Assembly: GCA_963664405.1 (NCBI GenBank)
Contig: OY761158.1
Location: 256,001 to 320,000, forward strand
Source: Thermoanaerobaculia bacterium
GTDB taxonomy: Bacteria > Acidobacteriota > Thermoanaerobaculia > Multivoradales > Multivoraceae
Length of the DNA stretch: 64,000 bases
Direction: 5' to 3'
Position 1 is the stretch's first letter; every line of letters begins with the position of its first letter. Of this stretch, positions 58,978-64,000 are shown one piece after another. The position numbers and the translations under genes were made by a program. The notes beneath the pieces were generated by a model. That model ran no database searches. It worked only from the letters and a program-made list of their open reading frames with translations, and had not been told where the DNA came from.

Positions 58978-59464
58978 GGGAGGTCGTGCAATGGTACGAG
59001 GCCGGGGCGCCGCCGTTACCACACCAGCTGACGGAGTTTGCGCGCTGCGGCTGATACCTCGCCGTGTCCCCCTCGTTGGTGTTGCAATAGCAGCGCTTGC
59101 AGGGGATGGCTCCACAGCAATCGTGGTAGGCAACGACGTAGCTCTTGCCGTCGCTCGGATTCAGGCAGGTTCCGGTCCAGGCGATCGGAGCCGCAACGGA
59201 TCCGGGCGGGCATTGGCTCGTCGTGCCGCCGCAGCAGGTGCACAGCCAACCGTCGACCGAGCAGTACGCCCAGTAGTCGCAGGTCTTCGAATCCATCGGG
59301 GTCTTCTCTGCTGCCTCCTGCGCGAAGGTGCGGTCTACAGGTAGAAGCGGCAGCAGAGCGCCACCGGCGATAACGCCACCGAGTGAGGCGAGGAGAGACC
59401 GCCGGGAGGTCTTTCCGGCGAGGTCGGCGGCCGCGTGAGCCGAGATCTTGTCGAACCAATTCAT
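58955..59464 (-). CDS. mauA: TTQ amine dehydrogenase light chain (aromatic amine dehydrogenase AauA-like)
   Basis: TSRRSLL Tat signal; CDYW.YC..DG.LC.CCGG, IAWTGTC (TTQ Trp), YHDCCG, NSVSWC (cross-link Trp), YHCT. Confidence 0.93.
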   Translation of the reverse strand: MNWFDKISAHAAADLAGKTSRRSLLASLGGVIAGGALLPLLPVDRTFAQEAAEKTPMDSKTCDYWAYCSVDGWLCTCCGGTTSQCPPGSVAAPIAWTGTCLNPSDGKSYVVAYHDCCGAIPCKRCYCNTNEGDTARYQPQRANSVSWCGNGGAPASYHCTTSRVLAIAE

Positions 59465-59471
59465 GAAAACC

Positions 59472-60110
59472 TCACGATCGTTGTTGTGAGCTCCCTGCGA
59501 GCCGCGCCGGGCCTTCGGCCTCGCGCTCGAGAAACTCTTGAATCGAGCTGACACCCAGTCGCTTCGCCTCGAACAGGCTCTCGACGTGCTCCCTACTGTT
59601 GGCGAGCCCTTGCGCGGCGATGACACCATCCTCGTCGAGCAGCACCGCGTAGGGGAGCTTTCCGATCTCGTAGGTCATGCCGAGCTCCGCTGAGAGCACG
59701 TATTCGAAGTCCTCCAACTGCTTTTCCCGGCGGAACTCGGCGTGCTTTGCGGGATCACCGTCACTTGCAAAAACGAGCCGGAGCCAGCTCGACTCCGCAC
59801 GCGCGATCGAGCGGAGTGCGGGAAGCAGCTGGGCGCATACCGGGCAATTGGGCGTTAGAAACGTAATCAGTGTGCTCTTTCCGCTCGGGTCGGGCGCACC
59901 GATTGAGACCGCCTCGCCGTCGAGGTTGGCAAGATGAAACTCCGGCGACTTCTCGCCCACTTGTACGTGTTTGCTGAGCATCAGAGCGCCGACCGGGCCC
60001 AGTCGCTGATGCAGCACGCCGACCTGTCGCGCCAGCGCGAAGCACACCAAGGCGAGGCACAGGATCGCGAAGCCTTGGATCGCGAGCAGGACCGCAACGG
60101 TGGTGGTCAA
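59472..60110 (-). CDS. mauD: MauD/AauD thioredoxin-like maturation protein
   Basis: LARQVGVLHQR..PVGAL, CPVC, LPYAVL and NSREHVESLFEA motifs; TTG overlaps the mauE stop. Confidence 0.9.
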   Translation of the reverse strand: MTTTVAVLLAIQGFAILCLALVCFALARQVGVLHQRLGPVGALMLSKHVQVGEKSPEFHLANLDGEAVSIGAPDPSGKSTLITFLTPNCPVCAQLLPALRSIARAESSWLRLVFASDGDPAKHAEFRREKQLEDFEYVLSAELGMTYEIGKLPYAVLLDEDGVIAAQGLANSREHVESLFEAKRLGVSSIQEFLEREAEGPARLAGSSQQRS

Positions 60111-60667
60111 GAGGCTCGCCCCCACAGCAGGCCGGAGTTCGCGATCAGCACGTCGGCGGTGGCGTAGATGGCGATGCCGAAGACCCCGAGCATGAAGGCA
60201 CCCGCGTAGTCCGCGAGCGCGAGCGAGCGCGGCACCGCACTCGGCACCAACAAGAGAGCCGCGGCCACGAGCACGAGATTGCGCCACACCAAGGGCCACC
60301 CGGCAGGCTGCTCGGCGTTGCCTGCCCAGGAGCATCCGCAGTCCTCGGGAGCGTTACCGCGCACCAGGCTCACGCCCATGCCGAGGGCGTAAACGGTGAG
60401 CAGCGTTGCCACCAGAGCGGCCGCCGCCAGGCCCGACGGATGGGCGGCGCACAGGCCTGCCGCAGCAAGCTCGGCAGCGACCAGCGCCGCGGTCACCGGG
60501 CCGGCGAGCGCAGACGAAAACGGTATGCCGAAGCCCTTCAAATAGTGCGAGGTGATGCCCGAAGTGGTGCGGAATTCTCGGAGCTTGTGCACGGCGGTGC
60601 CGAGAAAGAGGAGAGTGAGCGAGAGTCTCACGCCGAGCTGCACAACCGGGTCGATTGCAATGTTCAT
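60107..60667 (-). CDS. mauE: MauE/AauE membrane protein
   Basis: HKLR, DCGC and WRN motifs; five hydrophobic segments. Confidence 0.9.
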   Translation of the reverse strand: MNIAIDPVVQLGVRLSLTLLFLGTAVHKLREFRTTSGITSHYLKGFGIPFSSALAGPVTAALVAAELAAAGLCAAHPSGLAAAALVATLLTVYALGMGVSLVRGNAPEDCGCSWAGNAEQPAGWPLVWRNLVLVAAALLLVPSAVPRSLALADYAGAFMLGVFGIAIYATADVLIANSGLLWGRAS

Positions 60668-60674
60668 CGTACGC

Positions 60675-61856
60675 TCATGGCACCGGCAGAATCATGATCT
60701 GCGTGCCCGACAGCTCCTTATTGTCGGACAGCTCGCGAGACCGCACTCCGGTGCGCGCATCGTAGATATCCGCGAACTTGTACGCCGTTACGTACAGCAG
60801 CGGCGCGCGGTCTTGGCTCACTGCGATCGCGGCGGCGTAGCCGCGCTCCAGCTTGAAGCGATCGACCCGCTCGTGGCTCTGTTCGTCGAATACCCAGACC
60901 TCGCTGCCCAGGCCGCGATGGAAGTCGTAGCCCCCCGGCTTCGGCTCGAGATCTGGCACGGCGCCCATCAACACGAAGATTCGGCCTGATGCTGTATGGA
61001 CCGCGAGGTGCTGCGAGGGCGCGGCGGGGACCCAGACCCCGGCTTCATCGCTCTCTCCGAAGTTCCAGGGCTCCAGGAAGCGAATCTGTCCGCCGCTGGT
61101 GTCGACGGCATGCATCACGCCACGGACCGACGCGAAGTACCAGACATCTCCTGAGCGCGCCCCGGTGCCATGCAGGGGATCTCCTTCGGCGTCGAAGAAG
61201 CCTCGGTGCCGCTGCCTTGCCTTCTCGGTCCCAGAGTTGTCCAGGTCTACCGTAAGCAGCGACCCGTCTCCGCACAGCGAGAAGAATCGCCGCGATCCCG
61301 CCGCCATCACGTGAGCGCAGCCTGCGGTCTCGATCTCCCCCACGTACTCTCGCAACGCGAGATCGACGACCCCGAAGGTCAAGGCGGGGGTGAAGAAGGA
61401 CTGCAGTAGGAAGCGATCATCGTCCGTCAGAGTGGTGAGATTCGTGCTCGGCAAGCCCCGCATCGACTTCGGGGCGATCTCGATCTCGCCCTGCTTGGCG
61501 AGCGTCTTGGGATCGAAGATCTCCACTACATCGGTGCGCTCGCCGTGGAAGCCGCGCGAGAAGTACATACCGACGTTGTAGATGGCGTCCCCGGAGCGGG
61601 AAAGCTGGGGCAGAATGCCTTGGTACCCGAGCTCCAAGGTGCCGAGAACTACACCCGAGTCGGCGTCGACGAGGGTCCCGTGGCCGTAGTCGACAAACGA
61701 GCAGAACCAGACCCAATGCGCACCCGCCGGTTTGTCCGGGAGCACTAGGACTCCGAGCGGCTCCGGCAGCGAAGCCGGGTCGATGGTCTGAGCAGAGGAC
61801 GCGGCGACACCGGCCCCCATCGAAGCAACAAGAACGAGCCCGAGCCCTCTTCTCAT
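60675..61856 (-). CDS. mauB: Amine dehydrogenase heavy chain (beta-propeller, MauB/AauB)
   Basis: Signal peptide; YFSRGFHGERTDVV, FTPA, EIETAGC, SLCGDGSL and VSQD.APLLY motifs; first gene of BEDA. Confidence 0.9.
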   Translation of the reverse strand: MRRGLGLVLVASMGAGVAASSAQTIDPASLPEPLGVLVLPDKPAGAHWVWFCSFVDYGHGTLVDADSGVVLGTLELGYQGILPQLSRSGDAIYNVGMYFSRGFHGERTDVVEIFDPKTLAKQGEIEIAPKSMRGLPSTNLTTLTDDDRFLLQSFFTPALTFGVVDLALREYVGEIETAGCAHVMAAGSRRFFSLCGDGSLLTVDLDNSGTEKARQRHRGFFDAEGDPLHGTGARSGDVWYFASVRGVMHAVDTSGGQIRFLEPWNFGESDEAGVWVPAAPSQHLAVHTASGRIFVLMGAVPDLEPKPGGYDFHRGLGSEVWVFDEQSHERVDRFKLERGYAAAIAVSQDRAPLLYVTAYKFADIYDARTGVRSRELSDNKELSGTQIMILPVP

Positions 61857-61875
61857 CGCGACCGTGGCGGCAGGG

Positions 61876-62394
61876 CTACTTCTTTCGCTGCCAAAAAAAC
61901 TCATACTCGGTCTCCCAGGTCTTTCCGTTGTCGGTCGAGAGCACCGAGACCTCGCGCAGACGTCCATCGGGCAGCTTGAAGTAGCTGAAGCGGCCCGACT
62001 TACCCTCGTCCAGCTCCCGCGTAGTGAAGCGGAACTCGTTGCCGATGATGGCTCCGTCTTCGAAGCGCTGGCGCAGCCCACCCGGGTTCGCCGACGCGGA
62101 AAAGTACCCCCAGTCACCCTTCTTTGGGTTGTAGGCCATCATGCAGAAGAAGTCCGGCATGCCTTCGGATATGCCCTTCCAGGTCTCGACCAGGTAGCAG
62201 CCGTCGTCTCCTTTCTCGAAGACCACGCTGGAGATAGGCGAGCCATCGCCGGCTGTGACGTCCCATTCTCCCACCAGGAAGTGGGCGTCGGCACAGGCGG
62301 GGTCCGCAGACGGTTGCGCGCCGGCACTCGGCCCACCGAAGAGCGTGACGGCGGCTGCCAGTGCCGTCAACCCAAGAACTCCCGTAAAACTCAT
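61876..62394 (-). CDS. Secreted DUF1579-like protein, copy 3
   Basis: GAGGAGG RBS; signal peptide; paralog of 23591-24148; 19 bp upstream of mauB. Confidence 0.78.
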   Translation of the reverse strand: MSFTGVLGLTALAAAVTLFGGPSAGAQPSADPACADAHFLVGEWDVTAGDGSPISSVVFEKGDDGCYLVETWKGISEGMPDFFCMMAYNPKKGDWGYFSASANPGGLRQRFEDGAIIGNEFRFTTRELDEGKSGRFSYFKLPDGRLREVSVLSTDNGKTWETEYEFFWQRKK

Positions 62395-62514
62395 GTCACA
62401 TTCCTCCTCGAAATGTCAGCGCCACTTCGGCGGAAACCCTCTAAGTATTCATCCCCACACGCATGCCCGTCCGGACAGCGCGGCTCGACCATTGTAGTCC
62501 AAGAGGTTGAATTT

Positions 62515-62690
62515 TGCCTCGCCCCCGAGGCTCGAGGAAGGTGCGATGCGGACGAGACCCGGTGAAGTGAGGACGGAGACTTGGCGCCGTTGACCGTTCG
62601 GAGTTGGCGATGTAGCGTGATCCCCTGCTGACCAAGAATGGAAGTCGTTTTCACCGAGCCGTGACGATCGGTGCCCCTGAGGTGTCTACA
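62515..62690 (+). promoter_or_regulatory. Conserved upstream region of propeller copy 4
   Basis: TTGACC (62590-62595)-17 bp-TAGCGT (62613-62618); homolog of 28432-28610. Confidence 0.6.
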
Positions 62691-62705
62691 GCGGAGGACT
62701 CAGCC

Positions 62706-64000
62706 ATGGACTGCTTATCAGAACCGGGACAGCTCCAGATCAACCGTAGGCTCGGCGGAAGGTGGGCGGCCTTGCTCATTCTCGGAGCGCTGACCCTCAC
62801 CTTCTCTGCGCAAGGAGCCGATTGGCCGCAGTGGCGGGGGCTCCAGCGCGACGGAGTAGCCGCCGAAAGCGAGCTGCCGGCGGAGCTTCCGGCCGCTCTC
62901 CACGGTCTCTGGAAGGTCCACGTCGGCCAGGGCCAGTCCTCTCCGATCGTCGTCGGCGACCGCGTTTTCATCCACACCCGTCAGGGTGAGGAAGAAGTCG
63001 TGCTCGCCCTTTCGGCGTCCACCGGCAAGGAGCTGTGGCGGCATGCTTACTCGGTTCCGTACGTACCGGCAAACGCGGCCATCCAGTATGGTCCCGGGCC
63101 CAAGTCGACGATGTTGGCCGATGGCGATTCGGTCTACAGCTTCGGCATCCGCGAGCGCCTCCTGGCATTGGATGCCAGCTCAGGGGCGGTGCGGTGGGAG
63201 AAGACCTACGAAGACACCTTCGACCCGCCCTACCCGACCTGGGGGACCGCAGCGTCGCCTCTGGTCGAGGGAAGCTTGCTCATCGTCCCGGTCGGCAACA
63301 CCGTTGCAGGGAAAGAAGCTGGAGCTCTGGTCGCCTACGACAAGACGACCGGAAAGGAGGTGTGGCGGGCGGACGGAGCTCCCGCCTATGCCTCGCCCAT
63401 GGCCTTCACTCACGGGGGGGTGCGCCAGATCGTGACCATGGACGACCTCGCCTTCTTCGGTGTTCGGGCAAGTGACGGCGAGCTACTGTGGTCGACCGAG
63501 TTCGAGACCTCCTTCGACCAGAACACGCCCACCACCATCCTCCACAACGGCATGTTCATCCTTTCGGGCTACCAGTGGGGAACCGCTGCGCTCAGGGTCG
63601 AGCCGCCGAAGGGGCCACACGACGGAGCTTGGAAGGTGAGCGAGGTGTGGAAGACAACGAAGGCGGAGCTCTACATGGACTCTCCGGTGCGCGTCGGTGA
63701 CCATCTGTACTTCCGCTCGAACAAGAGGGCCGGCACCTTCGTCTGTCTCGATCCCGCTACCGGGGAGATTGTCTGGCAAAGCCCCGGGCGGTGGGCAGCC
63801 TACGCGTCGGTGATCGCCGTGGGGGATCGCCTGCTCGTGCTCACCGATGGCGCCGAGCTCAAAGTCATCGCGGCCGACCCCGAGGCCTACCGCGAGCTGG
63901 CCTCCTGGGAAGTGGCGACTTCCACCACCTGGGCGCACTTGGCGCTCTCCGGATCGAGGCTGTACGTAAAGGACGAGGAGCACCTGACGAGCTTCGACCT
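62706..64000 (+). CDS. PQQ-type beta-propeller copy 4 (partial, runs off the window)
   Basis: GGAGG RBS, ATG 62706, ADWPQWRG; collinear with copies 1-3; absent from the ORF track because there is no stop in the window. Confidence 0.88.
   Translation, partial: MDCLSEPGQLQINRRLGGRWAALLILGALTLTFSAQGADWPQWRGLQRDGVAAESELPAELPAALHGLWKVHVGQGQSSPIVVGDRVFIHTRQGEEEVVLALSASTGKELWRHAYSVPYVPANAAIQYGPGPKSTMLADGDSVYSFGIRERLLALDASSGAVRWEKTYEDTFDPPYPTWGTAASPLVEGSLLIVPVGNTVAGKEAGALVAYDKTTGKEVWRADGAPAYASPMAFTHGGVRQIVTMDDLAFFGVRASDGELLWSTEFETSFDQNTPTTILHNGMFILSGYQWGTAALRVEPPKGPHDGAWKVSEVWKTTKAELYMDSPVRVGDHLYFRSNKRAGTFVCLDPATGEIVWQSPGRWAAYASVIAVGDRLLVLTDGAELKVIAADPEAYRELASWEVATSTTWAHLALSGSRLYVKDEEHLTSFD

Noticed and set aside
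1-64000. CRISPR array, rRNA or tRNA genes
   Set aside because: No regularly spaced repeat-spacer units, cas genes or recognisable RNA genes seen; the repeats are paralogous genes or MITE-like palindromes

Overview
GC-rich bacterial window; Oar-type TonB receptors, a sulfatase-TPR protein and WPQWRG propellers suggest Acidobacteriota (inference). It is dominated by an amplified periplasmic uptake/processing module: TetR, Oar-type TonB-dependent receptor, Tat-exported NTF2/limonene-epoxide-hydrolase-like protein, DUF1579-like protein, and a PQQ-type beta-propeller fused to an NTF2 domain (2-4 paralogous copies of each). The module is interleaved with four amine-removing chemistries: a TPQ copper amine oxidase, a gamma-glutamyl ligase/GATase pair, a FumI-like PLP aminotransferase in an operon with a spinster-type MFS and acoABC-like genes, and a TTQ aromatic-amine-dehydrogenase-like BEDA-cytochrome cluster with no mauG. 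Two of the three receptors carry a single lesion (in-frame TAG; 22-bp tandem duplication). Also present: a 3.6-kb Mu/Tn552-like DDE+AAA transposon with a 5-bp TSD inside a vapC relic, an ISKra4 element with a 9-bp TSD, a family of mostly CTAG-bounded MITE-like palindromes sharing one core, about eight toxin-antitoxin-type pairs and several gene relics. No rRNA, tRNA or CRISPR array was seen. All family assignments are from motif recognition by eye, not database searches.
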